The notes under the pieces: generated by a model | Databases searched by the model: none | Seen by the model: the letters and a program-made list of their open reading frames with translations, nothing else | Told to the model about the DNA's origin: nothing | Part shown: in pieces, positions 9,222 through 18,010 of the stretch | Layout of the letters: every line of letters begins with the position of its first letter | Position numbering within the stretch: position 1 is the first letter of the stretch | Made by a program: the position numbers and the translations under genes | From: Candidatus Elulimicrobiales bacterium | Lineage (GTDB): Bacteria > Patescibacteriota > Minisyncoccia > Phycocordibacterales > UBA5272 | Reading direction: 5' to 3' | DNA: 55,621 nucleotides | Assembly (NCBI GenBank): GCA_034927475.1 | Contig: JAYFPW010000006.1 | Location: 75,197 to 130,817 of the forward strand

Positions 9222-10484
9222 ATGAAAACTCTAAAAAGAATTTGGCAAGATAAGGTTTTGAGAAACAGGATTTTGTTTGTAGTTTTGATACTTGCTATAG
9301 TCAGATTTCTTTCTTCTATTCCAATTCCTGGAGTAGATAGAGAAGCTTTGTCTGTAGCTCTGTCAAATAACAATTTTCTAGGTTTTCTTAATATCTTTTC
9401 TGGAGGAGGACTTTCCTCTTTCTCAATAATCATGCTCGGTGTTAGTCCATACATCACCGCGTCGATTATTATGCAGTTGTTAACTGTGCTTGTTCCGAAG
9501 TTCAAAGAGCTTTATCATGAAGAAGGTGAGGCTGGTAGAAGAAAATTCACACAGTATTCCAGATTACTAACAGTACCTTTGGCTGTTATTCAAGGTTATG
9601 CTCTTTTAGCACTTTTAACTGCTCAAAATATTATCCCGAAACTTTCTACGCCTGATATGATTTTGAATATCATAATCATCACAGCTGGAGCAGTTCTTAT
9701 TATGTGGCTCGGAGAACAGATTACAGATTATGGAATTGGTAACGGAGCATCTATGATTATCTTCGCAGGTATCGTAGCGAGTCTTCCTACAAGTGTCATT
9801 CAAGTTATGCAAACTTTCGACTCTTCTATGATTCCAATGATTATTGCTGTAATATTGTTAGTGATTCTAACTATTGCTGGTATTGTCTTTGTGACTGAAG
9901 CGGAAAGACAAATTACTATTACTTACTCTAAACAAGCAAGCAATTTCTATGGTTCAACAGGTATTACAAGTACATATCTTCCAATACGTTTGAATCAAGC
10001 AGGAGTGATTCCAATTATCTTTGCGGTATCTCTTCTTCTCTTTCCTCAAATGATCGCACAATTTTTTGGAAATTCTGCTAATGCGTCCCTTCAATCAATT
10101 GCTCAATTTTTCACAAACTTCCTATCAAATACTTTTGCTTATGGTGTAGTATATTTCTTGTTAGTCGTACTCTTTACTTACTTCTATACAGCAGTAACTT
10201 TCGACACAACAAAAACCTCAGAAAATCTACAAAAGTCAGGAGCATTTATTCCAGGATTTCGTCCAGGCGTAGCGACTACAGATTATATTGGTGGAGTACT
10301 TTCAAAAATTACTTTTTTTGGAGCTATATTCCTTGGAATAATAGCAATACTTCCAATTATCCTTCAAGCTGTCACTGGAGTTCAAGCTTTTGCTATCGGA
10401 GGTACATCTCTCTTGATTGCTGTATCGGTAGTTATAGATTTTGTAAAGAAAGTCGATGCTCAACTTACAATGAGAGAGTATTAA
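9222..10484 (+). CDS. secY: Preprotein translocase subunit SecY
   Basis: 420 aa and polytopic. Motifs: IPIPGVD, GVSPYITASIIMQLL, GNGASMIIFAGI. Confidence 0.96.
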   Translation: MKTLKRIWQDKVLRNRILFVVLILAIVRFLSSIPIPGVDREALSVALSNNNFLGFLNIFSGGGLSSFSIIMLGVSPYITASIIMQLLTVLVPKFKELYHEEGEAGRRKFTQYSRLLTVPLAVIQGYALLALLTAQNIIPKLSTPDMILNIIIITAGAVLIMWLGEQITDYGIGNGASMIIFAGIVASLPTSVIQVMQTFDSSMIPMIIAVILLVILTIAGIVFVTEAERQITITYSKQASNFYGSTGITSTYLPIRLNQAGVIPIIFAVSLLLFPQMIAQFFGNSANASLQSIAQFFTNFLSNTFAYGVVYFLLVVLFTYFYTAVTFDTTKTSENLQKSGAFIPGFRPGVATTDYIGGVLSKITFFGAIFLGIIAILPIILQAVTGVQAFAIGGTSLLIAVSVVIDFVKKVDAQLTMREY

Positions 10485-10510
10485 AATACAAAATTTTAAA
10501 GTATTTTTAT

Positions 10511-10541
10511 AAAAAACACCCGAAATTTTGGGTGTTTTTTG
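10511..10541 (+). terminator. Rho-independent terminator after secY
   Basis: Hairpin aacaccc / gggtgtt followed by ttttttg. Confidence 0.75.
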
Positions 10542-10544
10542 TTG

Positions 10545-10553
10545 TGGTATAAT
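10545..10553 (+). promoter_or_regulatory. Extended -10 promoter element (TGGTATAAT) for the 520-aa gene and map
   Basis: TGGTATAAT lies immediately after the secY terminator. Confidence 0.45.
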
Positions 10554-10586
10554 TTAAATATATTAAAAGGTTAATTAAAAAACATT

Positions 10587-12149
10587 ATGGTATCTTTGGA
10601 ACAACTTAAAAAGGAGTCTGCTGAAAAACAACAAAAAAAACAAGAAGAAGAAAAAAAACTAAGTAAAGAAAAATCAGAAAAGAAAGCTTTAGAATATCAG
10701 GATCAAGTAGAAACTGTAGAGAGACTTGGTAAAAGAAAAGAAAAGGTAGAAAAATCCCTAAAGGAGTCAGAAAAGAAAAAAATAGAATCTAAATCTGCGT
10801 TTAAGTGGGCTTTAGAGGAATTGAAATCACAATATGAGGATGTTAAAAATAATCCAGACAGTATTTTTGCTCATTTTTTTAAAAAAGATGAATCTGGACA
10901 AGTTTTAGAAAAAGTAGATTTTAAAAAAGTTAGAGATGAAAAAGACGGAATAGATGAAATTAAAGACTCTTTGATAGACCTTAAAAAATCAGCTAAAAAA
11001 ACAGTGAAAGCAAAAAGGATATTAAAGAATATAGAAAATACAGAGAAAGTAGCTAAAGATAAAAAAGAAGAACTTTTTAAAAACACAGATGAATATTTAG
11101 CTACAGAACATCTTCGTGAAGGAGATCGGTATTTCAATATAGATAATTTGAAAAAATATTCATATTTAGATTTTCCTTTTAAGAAGGCAGAAGAATTAAT
11201 AAAGAAAGAGTCTGAGGAAAATATTGAAAGATTGAGAGACATTTATAAAGACAAAGTCTTAAAAAGATTTGAAGAAAATAAGGAATATAAAGAATTAGGA
11301 GTAGAAAGCGCAGAGTATAAAAAAATTGAAGATGTTGTAAAAAGTTATGCTGAAAACTCTTTCAATGAAAGAATTGAACTCTATAAACTAAGAAGAGAAA
11401 AAGGAGATGACCGGTTTGATGAAACAAGTGGAAAATATGAATTAGATAATTTTCAGAAAGAGATGTATGAAATTGGTGATCAAGTTTATTATTTAGGGAA
11501 TATTCAAAAAAGAATGAATTCCGGCCCCCTAAAAGAAGACCAAAAAATTAGTTTTGAAAAATCTAATTATGAGTTACCTCTTCTTCAAAAAGACATTGGA
11601 GAAATAGAAGAATTTGAAGAACAAAAAACAAAACTAAAACTCAAATTAAAAGCAGAAGAAGAGCTTTTGAAAGAATTAGAGAAGAAAAATCCTTTGTTCG
11701 GCAAATCTGCCCATAAGGAAAAATTAGATAATCTAAAGAGGGCAATTAATACTCTCAAACTAAATTTTAAGGATATGGAGACATCTTTAAAAGACAAAAA
11801 GAATAATCCTTTAGGCAAAGATAATGATAAACATGTTTTTGAGACTATAGATAAAATAGTTTATAGTGACTTACATAAAATATTTGAAAATGAAGAAAGA
11901 CGAAATAGAAAAACTTTAGCAGAGGTTTTGCGAAATGATTTCTTAAAAAGAGAACAAAATAAAGAAAATATTACTCTAGGAGAATATATTGAAGCTATTG
12001 CTAAAATTGTAAAAGAAAAGGAAAGTTTTTATAAATGGAAGGAAAAAGAAATTATAGAACCTCTAAAAAAATCTCTAAAAAAATATTTAGATTTAAAAGA
12101 AAAAACTGAAGAGTCTAGAAAAGAGTTTTTAAAGCTTACCAAAAACTAA
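10587..12149 (+). CDS. K/E-rich, predicted coiled-coil hypothetical protein (520 aa)
   Basis: Long ORF with heavy Lys/Glu bias and no TM segment or recognisable motif. It sits between secY and map, where adk usually lies. Confidence 0.55.
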   Translation: MVSLEQLKKESAEKQQKKQEEEKKLSKEKSEKKALEYQDQVETVERLGKRKEKVEKSLKESEKKKIESKSAFKWALEELKSQYEDVKNNPDSIFAHFFKKDESGQVLEKVDFKKVRDEKDGIDEIKDSLIDLKKSAKKTVKAKRILKNIENTEKVAKDKKEELFKNTDEYLATEHLREGDRYFNIDNLKKYSYLDFPFKKAEELIKKESEENIERLRDIYKDKVLKRFEENKEYKELGVESAEYKKIEDVVKSYAENSFNERIELYKLRREKGDDRFDETSGKYELDNFQKEMYEIGDQVYYLGNIQKRMNSGPLKEDQKISFEKSNYELPLLQKDIGEIEEFEEQKTKLKLKLKAEEELLKELEKKNPLFGKSAHKEKLDNLKRAINTLKLNFKDMETSLKDKKNNPLGKDNDKHVFETIDKIVYSDLHKIFENEERRNRKTLAEVLRNDFLKREQNKENITLGEYIEAIAKIVKEKESFYKWKEKEIIEPLKKSLKKYLDLKEKTEESRKEFLKLTKN

Positions 12150-12193
12150 TTTATATTTTGGTATATTCTGTGTTATAGTTTTATTTATAATTT

Positions 12194-13003
12194 ATGTCTA
12201 ATATAAAATTAAAGACAGATTTAACTACAATAAAAAATCTAAGAGAGTCTGGAAAAAGACTCGCTTTTGTCATTAAAAAAGTTGGTGAAGCCGTAAAGCC
12301 AGGAATAACTTTAAAAGAGTTAGATGATTTAGCTTTTAAGTTAATCACTGAATCTGAAAAAGGAAAAAGAGATAACGATAAACCGGCGCTATTAAATTTT
12401 CAGCCAGCTGGAGCTGATTATCCATACCCGGCTACACTTTGTGTCTCGGTAAACGATGAGGTTGCTCATGGTATGCCTGGGGATTATAAACTAAAAGAAG
12501 GGGACGTAATAGGAGTTGACACTTCTTTGAATCATAAAGGGATGATTACCGATCACGCTATAACTTTTCCAGTTGGAAAAATTTCTAAAAATGATGAAGA
12601 GCTTTTAAAAATTACAAAAGATGCTTTAATGGTCGGAATAAAAGCTGCTGTCGCTGGAAATTATGTAAATGATATTTCTAAAGCTATAGAAAATTTTGTA
12701 AAAAAAGAAGAAAAAAGATTAGGAAAAAATTTTGGAGTCTTAAAAGTTTTAGCTGGACACGGAGTTGGATATAAAGTTCATGAAGAACCGCTTGTGCCAA
12801 ATTTTGATGATGGAGTTCGTGGTCCAAAACTAGTTCCGGGAATGGTACTTGCTATAGAGCCGATGGTAAATCTTGGAAGTGATGAAGTTTATTTAGAAGA
12901 CAATGGCTATACTTTCAAAACTATAGACGGTAAAAATTCTGCCCATTTTGAACACACTGTTTTAATTACTAAAGATAAACCAGAAATACTTACAGTTTTA
13001 TAA
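12194..13003 (+). CDS. map: Methionine aminopeptidase, type I
   Basis: NDEVAHGMPG, GDVIGVD, GHGVGYKVHEEP and AIEPM metal-ligand motifs. Confidence 0.93.
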   Translation: MSNIKLKTDLTTIKNLRESGKRLAFVIKKVGEAVKPGITLKELDDLAFKLITESEKGKRDNDKPALLNFQPAGADYPYPATLCVSVNDEVAHGMPGDYKLKEGDVIGVDTSLNHKGMITDHAITFPVGKISKNDEELLKITKDALMVGIKAAVAGNYVNDISKAIENFVKKEEKRLGKNFGVLKVLAGHGVGYKVHEEPLVPNFDDGVRGPKLVPGMVLAIEPMVNLGSDEVYLEDNGYTFKTIDGKNSAHFEHTVLITKDKPEILTVL

Positions 13004-13105
13004 TTAAAAAGAATAGCTAAAATTTTCTAAAAAATACTCTCACAAAATAAGAATATTTTTGTTTTACGGCTTTCTACGCTCTATATTCTCGTAAAATACA
13101 AGAGT

Positions 13106-13134
13106 TTGAATTCTTTCTTTCTATTTGTTATACT
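13106..13134 (+). promoter_or_regulatory. Candidate promoter for the BtpA-like gene
   Basis: TTGAAT, 17-nt spacer, TATACT, with TG at the extended -10 position. Confidence 0.45.
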
Positions 13135-13171
13135 TCTACCAGAATGTACAACTTTTTAAATTTAATAAAAA

Positions 13172-13891
13172 ATGAAAAGAAGATTTTTTGTAGTAATCCA
13201 TGCTCTTAGTCTAGAAGAGTATGGACCTCTAGCACTCCCGCATGTTCGGGAAAGTGCAAGAATTGCTTTTGAAGAAGGCGCTCACGGAGTTTTTTTAATT
13301 CCGGATTATGTAAAAGGTTTTGCTAAAGCGAAACTTTCGGATTTAAGTATTTACTATGATTTTCTAAACGAAGAATATCAAAGTAAAGATTTTTTAGTTG
13401 GAATAAATTTTCTTTTGCGTAGAAGCGAACTCGATGGGCAACTAGAAAATTTAGTTTCTGAAATCAACCCCAGAATGCTACAGACAGATTATCTTTCAGC
13501 CACTGTGACAAAGCATTATTTTCCTTTTACTCAAATTTTCGGAAGCTTTGCCTTCAAAGGTTCGAAGCAAGAAACTGCTACAGGGGAAGAGTTGAAAGTT
13601 TTATCAAAACTGGCTGAAAAGTATTGTGATGTGCCAACGACTTCCGGCTCTGCAACTGGTGTAGCTGCACCGATTGAAAAGGTAAAAGAAATTCGGTCTT
13701 ATCTGAACAGCGAGACTAGACTCGGTATAGCCAGTGGAGCAGATATTCAAAATGTCAGACCTCTAATTGATGCTGGAGCTACAGATTTCTTGGTCGCCAC
13801 CTCTTTAATTAAAGAAGTAAAAGACAAGAGAGATATTTTAGATCCTGAGCTTGTCAAAAAAATGGTACGCGCTGTCAGGAGTTACGGATAA
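13172..13891 (+). CDS. BtpA/SgcQ-like TIM-barrel protein (tentative)
   Basis: Pattern VVIHAL...EEGAHGVFLIP near the N-terminus and TSGSATG...LGIASGA...ATDFLVATSLIKE near the C-terminus resembles the BtpA family. Judged by eye only. Confidence 0.5.
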   Translation: MKRRFFVVIHALSLEEYGPLALPHVRESARIAFEEGAHGVFLIPDYVKGFAKAKLSDLSIYYDFLNEEYQSKDFLVGINFLLRRSELDGQLENLVSEINPRMLQTDYLSATVTKHYFPFTQIFGSFAFKGSKQETATGEELKVLSKLAEKYCDVPTTSGSATGVAAPIEKVKEIRSYLNSETRLGIASGADIQNVRPLIDAGATDFLVATSLIKEVKDKRDILDPELVKKMVRAVRSYG

Positions 13892-13916
13892 AGCTCTTTG
13901 ATTTTTCAGAAAAATT

Positions 13917-13950
13917 TTAAAAACACAGGCAAAGAGTCTGTGTTTTTTAT
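13917..13950 (+). terminator. Rho-independent terminator after the BtpA-like gene
   Basis: Hairpin acacag / ctgtgt followed by tttttatt. Confidence 0.7.
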
Positions 13951-13979
13951 TTGCTAAAAGGGTATTTTTCTGTTAAAAT
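13951..13979 (+). promoter_or_regulatory. Promoter of rpsG-fusA
   Basis: TTGCTA, 17-nt spacer, TAAAAT, with TG at the extended -10 position (TGTTAAAAT). Confidence 0.55.
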
Positions 13980-14059
13980 GCGGGGACATTATTAGTATAA
14001 GTTAGGTGCTAGTACCAGATGTCGCTGGGAAAATGAGCACTCTAAAATGATAAGTTTAT

Positions 14060-14527
14060 ATGCGACGCCCAGTCAAAAATAAGCATGTTGTCAAAGCTGA
14101 TTTACGCTACGATGACAAAAATATTTCAAAGTTTATAAATTACATAATGCTCAATGGTAAAAAAACTATAGCTCAAAAAATTGTCTATGGTGCTTTTGAC
14201 ATTATAAAAGATAAAACTGGAAAAGATGGTATTGAGATTTTCAATGAAGCTATTAAAAATACTTCTCCTATTGTGGAAGTAAAAAGTAAAAGAATTGGAG
14301 GTTCCAACTATCAGATTCCAGTTGAAGTTAGAGATTCTAGAAGATTTCTTTTAGCTTCTCGTTGGATTATTGAAGCTGCTAAAAAAGGGAAAGGAAAACC
14401 TATGCAAGAAAAACTTGCAGAAGAATTAATTTTAGCCGCAAACAATGAAGGTACAGCTGTAAAGAAAAGAGAAGATGTACACAAGATGGCAGAATCAAAT
14501 AAAGCTTTTGCCCATTTTGCGAGATAA
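14060..14527 (+). CDS. rpsG: 30S ribosomal protein S7
   Basis: GKKTIAQKIVYGAF..., VEVKSKRIGGSNYQIPVEV, KAFAHFA(R) C-terminus. Confidence 0.96.
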   Translation: MRRPVKNKHVVKADLRYDDKNISKFINYIMLNGKKTIAQKIVYGAFDIIKDKTGKDGIEIFNEAIKNTSPIVEVKSKRIGGSNYQIPVEVRDSRRFLLASRWIIEAAKKGKGKPMQEKLAEELILAANNEGTAVKKREDVHKMAESNKAFAHFAR

Positions 14528-14575
14528 AATATTATTAGATCAATTAATTTTTAAAATTAAACTTAAAACAAAATT

Positions 14576-16720
14576 ATGTCTAAAGATTACCCATTAAATA
14601 AAATTCGTAACTTTGGAGTTATCGCTCACATCGATGCCGGAAAAACAACCACTTCCGAAAGAATTCTCTTTTATACAGGAGTATCTCATAAAATTGGAGA
14701 GACTCATGAAGGAGAAGCGATCATGGACTGGATGGACCAAGAAAGAGAAAGAGGTATTACAATTACTTCTGCAGCAAACACAGCTTTTTGGAACCCGTCA
14801 TACATGCCAGAAGGTGATACTTCAAAAAAATGTAAATTCAATATTATTGACACCCCAGGACACATCGACTTTACTATTGAAGTAAAAAGATCTCTTCGCG
14901 TTCTCGACGGTGCTGTTGTAGTTTTTGACTCTGTTGCTGGAGTTGAACCTCAATCTGAAACCAACTGGAGATATGCAAATGAAGCTGATGTTCCAAGAAT
15001 CTGTTTCATTAATAAATTAGACAGAATGGGAGGAAGTTATGATAAACCTTTCAAATCAATTCTGGAGCGTCTTTCTCCTAAAGCTGTTAGAATGCAAATC
15101 CCTATTGGAGAAGAAGAAAATTTTTCTGCTATTATCGACCTTTTAAATCTTAAATATGTAAAATTTGAAGGAGAAAAAGGAATGAATGTTGTTTATGATG
15201 ATATCCCTGCAGAATACGCAGAACAAGTAAAAGAAAGAAGGGCAGAAATGGTTGAAAAAATTGTTGAGACTGATGAAGAAATGATGACTCAATATTTAGA
15301 AGGAAAAGAATTTACAGTCGATGAATTAAAAAATACAATTAGAAAAGCTGTCATCGCAAATGAACTTTTCCCAGTTTATTGTGGATCTGCTTTAAAAAAT
15401 AAAGGAGTTCAACTAGTTCTCGATGCGGTGGTAGATTTCTTACCTTCACCTCTTGATATTGCAAAGCCTGTAGGTATTGATCCAAGAACAGGAGATAAAG
15501 TTGAAATGGAAGTTTCTGATACGGCCCCTCTTTCAGCTCTAGCTTTCAAGCTAGCAGCCGATCCGTTTGTCGGACAACTTATTTTTATCCGTGTTTATTC
15601 TGGAACTCTTACAGCCGGAAGCTACGTTTACAATGCAACCAAAGATAAAAAAGAAAGGGTCGGTAGAATCTTGCGTATGCATGCTAATGATAGAGAAGAA
15701 ATTAAAGAAGTAGGTGCCGGAGATATTGCGGCAGCTGTAGGATTAAAAGATACCGTAACTTCTGACACTCTTTGTGACGAAGGTCATCCAGTGATTTTGG
15801 AAAAAATTATTGCTCCAGAACCTGTGATCCATATGCGTATTGAGCCAAAAACAAAAGCTGACCAAGAAAAAATGGGCCTCGCTCTTTCAAGATTGGCGGC
15901 AGAGGATCCAACATTTAGAGTTTCTAGTGATCCTGAAACTTTAGAGACAATCATTTCAGGAATGGGTGAACTTCACTTGGATGTTCTTGTAGAAAGAATG
16001 AAAAGAGAGTTTAACGTCGAAGCGACAACAGGCAAACCTCAAGTTGCTTACAAAGAAACTATTAAGGGTGCAGCTGATGGAGAAGGTAAATACATTAAAC
16101 AATCTGGAGGTCGTGGACAATATGGACATGTTAAATTGAAAATTAGACCAATTGATTATTCTGTTAAAGTTGAAGATCTTCCAAAGAATGTTAAAAGAAC
16201 TGAAAATTTCGAATTTATCAACTCTATCAAAGGTGGAGCTATTCCTCAAGAATATATCCCTGCGGTTGAAAAAGGTTTAAGAGAAACAATGGACAGAGGT
16301 ACTCTTGCTGGATTTAAGATGGTAGATATCTCTTGTGAGATATATGATGGATCTTTCCACGAAGTAGACTCTTCCGAAATTGCTTTCAAACTCGCTGCCG
16401 GTATGGCGCTTCAAGATGCTGTAGCAAAAGCTAAACCTGTTATTCTTGAGCCTATTATGAAAGTAGAAGTAATTACTCCAGATAAATTCTATGGAGATAT
16501 TACAGGAAATCTTTCAAGTAAAAGAGGGCAAATTGAAGGAATGGGCGAAAGAGGAATGGATAAGATTATTAAATCTAAAGTTCCACTTTCAGAAATGTTT
16601 GGTTACATGACCACACTTCGTTCTATGACTGAAGGTCGTGCTAGCTTTACCATGGAATTTTCACATTATGATGTAGTTCCAGCAAACATTGCTAAAGAAA
16701 TTCAAGATTCAAGAAAGTAG
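14576..16720 (+). CDS. fusA: Elongation factor G
   Basis: [32 protein letters not shown]. 714 aa. Confidence 0.97.
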   Translation: MSKDYPLNKIRNFGVIAHIDAGKTTTSERILFYTGVSHKIGETHEGEAIMDWMDQERERGITITSAANTAFWNPSYMPEGDTSKKCKFNIIDTPGHIDFTIEVKRSLRVLDGAVVVFDSVAGVEPQSETNWRYANEADVPRICFINKLDRMGGSYDKPFKSILERLSPKAVRMQIPIGEEENFSAIIDLLNLKYVKFEGEKGMNVVYDDIPAEYAEQVKERRAEMVEKIVETDEEMMTQYLEGKEFTVDELKNTIRKAVIANELFPVYCGSALKNKGVQLVLDAVVDFLPSPLDIAKPVGIDPRTGDKVEMEVSDTAPLSALAFKLAADPFVGQLIFIRVYSGTLTAGSYVYNATKDKKERVGRILRMHANDREEIKEVGAGDIAAAVGLKDTVTSDTLCDEGHPVILEKIIAPEPVIHMRIEPKTKADQEKMGLALSRLAAEDPTFRVSSDPETLETIISGMGELHLDVLVERMKREFNVEATTGKPQVAYKETIKGAADGEGKYIKQSGGRGQYGHVKLKIRPIDYSVKVEDLPKNVKRTENFEFINSIKGGAIPQEYIPAVEKGLRETMDRGTLAGFKMVDISCEIYDGSFHEVDSSEIAFKLAAGMALQDAVAKAKPVILEPIMKVEVITPDKFYGDITGNLSSKRGQIEGMGERGMDKIIKSKVPLSEMFGYMTTLRSMTEGRASFTMEFSHYDVVPANIAKEIQDSRK

Positions 16721-16746
16721 AACTGATCATAGTATTAATTCAAAAA

Positions 16747-16779
16747 TAAAAACCCTAAAAATAGGGTTTTTATTTTTTA
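16747..16779 (+). terminator. Rho-independent terminator after fusA
   Basis: Hairpin aaaaccct / agggtttt followed by tatttttt. Confidence 0.8.
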
Positions 16780-16796
16780 TTAAAATTTTTTTATTT

Positions 16797-16805
16797 TGGT
16801 ATAAT
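16797..16805 (+). promoter_or_regulatory. Extended -10 element TGGTATAAT
   Basis: Lies 13 nt upstream of ATG 16819. Confidence 0.45.
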
Positions 16806-16818
16806 TAAAAAACAACTT

Positions 16819-17919
16819 ATGGTTTTTCCTCCAATTTTTGCTTACGTTATATTTGCTATTCTAGACTTCATTGCTTTAGTTTTTTATATTCTAGGAATTA
16901 CTGGACCGATTGGAGCTCTTATTACTTTTATCACTACAGTTTTATATGCTTTTTGGGTCTTTACTAGATACGGTTTTAAAAAGGGGCAGGAGAAACTTTT
17001 TAAATACAGAAATGTTCCAAGAAAAAAATTAATTAAAAAAATTACCAAAGTCTTTGGAGGTTCACTCATTCCTTTTATTACAGTTTGGGCTGTGTACGAT
17101 GATTATCAAGAAGAGAAAAAAGAAAAAGCTGGAGCTGGTGCAGGAGAAAGTGAAGGGGAACAAAAAGAAAGTAAAAAATCAAAACTCATAAAAGGTGCAG
17201 CTTTAACTGCAGCCACTGTTGCGACTGGCGGTACTGCTGGGGTGGCTGCCGCTGGAGCAAGAGCTACTGCCGGCAGAGCAGCAGCTGGGGCAGCTGCAAA
17301 ATCTGGAGCAAAATCGGTAGCAGTAAAATCTTCTACTGGAGGAGCCGTTGGCGCATCTTCTGGAGTTTCTGCTGGAGCTGGAGCAGCTGGAGCTCAGACT
17401 TCCGTTTCTGTTCCTGTAAGATCTGTTACTAGAGAAACTGTTGAAAATAGAACTGAAAATATTACAAGAGAAAGCAGAAGTGGAAGCAAAAAAAGTTCTC
17501 CTTCCCAAACGAGAAGTATTAACCCTTGGATTAAAACTACTTCTCAAAAATCGAAAGATGAAAAAACGGGTAAAACTATTGCAGAAGAAGTCGGAGGTAT
17601 AAAAACTGGACTTGATAAACCAGAAGACTATGGAGAACATTTGCCAGACTTTAGTCGTCCAGAAACTTACACCAATCTTGTACAAGAAAGAGAGGCAAAT
17701 AAAAAGAAAGATGAACAAAAAAGAAAAGAAATTGAAGATACGAGACTTATTCAAAGACAAAGGGAAAGAGTCGAGGCTGAAAAAGTTTTTGATAGGGCTT
17801 TTATTCGAAGATTTGGAACTAAAGCTTATGAAAGAATGGTTAGAGATAGAGAGTTAAGAAAAGGAAAAACAAGAATTAATCCTGAAAAAGAGACTGATAA
17901 ATATAGGGAATCGGCTTAA
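16819..17919 (+). CDS. Membrane protein with an Ala/Gly-rich low-complexity tract and a K/E/R-rich tail (hypothetical)
   Basis: About three N-terminal hydrophobic helices, then GAALTAATVATGGTAGVAAAGARATAGRAAAGAAAK..., then a basic C-terminus. Confidence 0.55.
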   Translation: MVFPPIFAYVIFAILDFIALVFYILGITGPIGALITFITTVLYAFWVFTRYGFKKGQEKLFKYRNVPRKKLIKKITKVFGGSLIPFITVWAVYDDYQEEKKEKAGAGAGESEGEQKESKKSKLIKGAALTAATVATGGTAGVAAAGARATAGRAAAGAAAKSGAKSVAVKSSTGGAVGASSGVSAGAGAAGAQTSVSVPVRSVTRETVENRTENITRESRSGSKKSSPSQTRSINPWIKTTSQKSKDEKTGKTIAEEVGGIKTGLDKPEDYGEHLPDFSRPETYTNLVQEREANKKKDEQKRKEIEDTRLIQRQRERVEAEKVFDRAFIRRFGTKAYERMVRDRELRKGKTRINPEKETDKYRESA

Positions 17920-17938
17920 AATTGAGTTAAGTTTCATA

Positions 17939-17967
17939 TTGACATAACCTTTTAATCGTGATATATT
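17939..17967 (+). promoter_or_regulatory. Promoter of the Asn/Tyr-rich protein gene
   Basis: TTGACA, 17-nt spacer, TATATT, with TG at the extended -10 position. Confidence 0.55.
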
Positions 17968-18010
17968 CTAAGCATATAAATAAGTTGGGAAAATTATTAT
18001 TTTAAAAGTT

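Noticed and set aside
17203-17760. A 185-aa antisense ORF opposite the Ala/Gly-rich tract.
   Set aside because: This is a typical shadow ORF of a GC-rich low-complexity coding region. It has no start context, promoter or terminator of its own.
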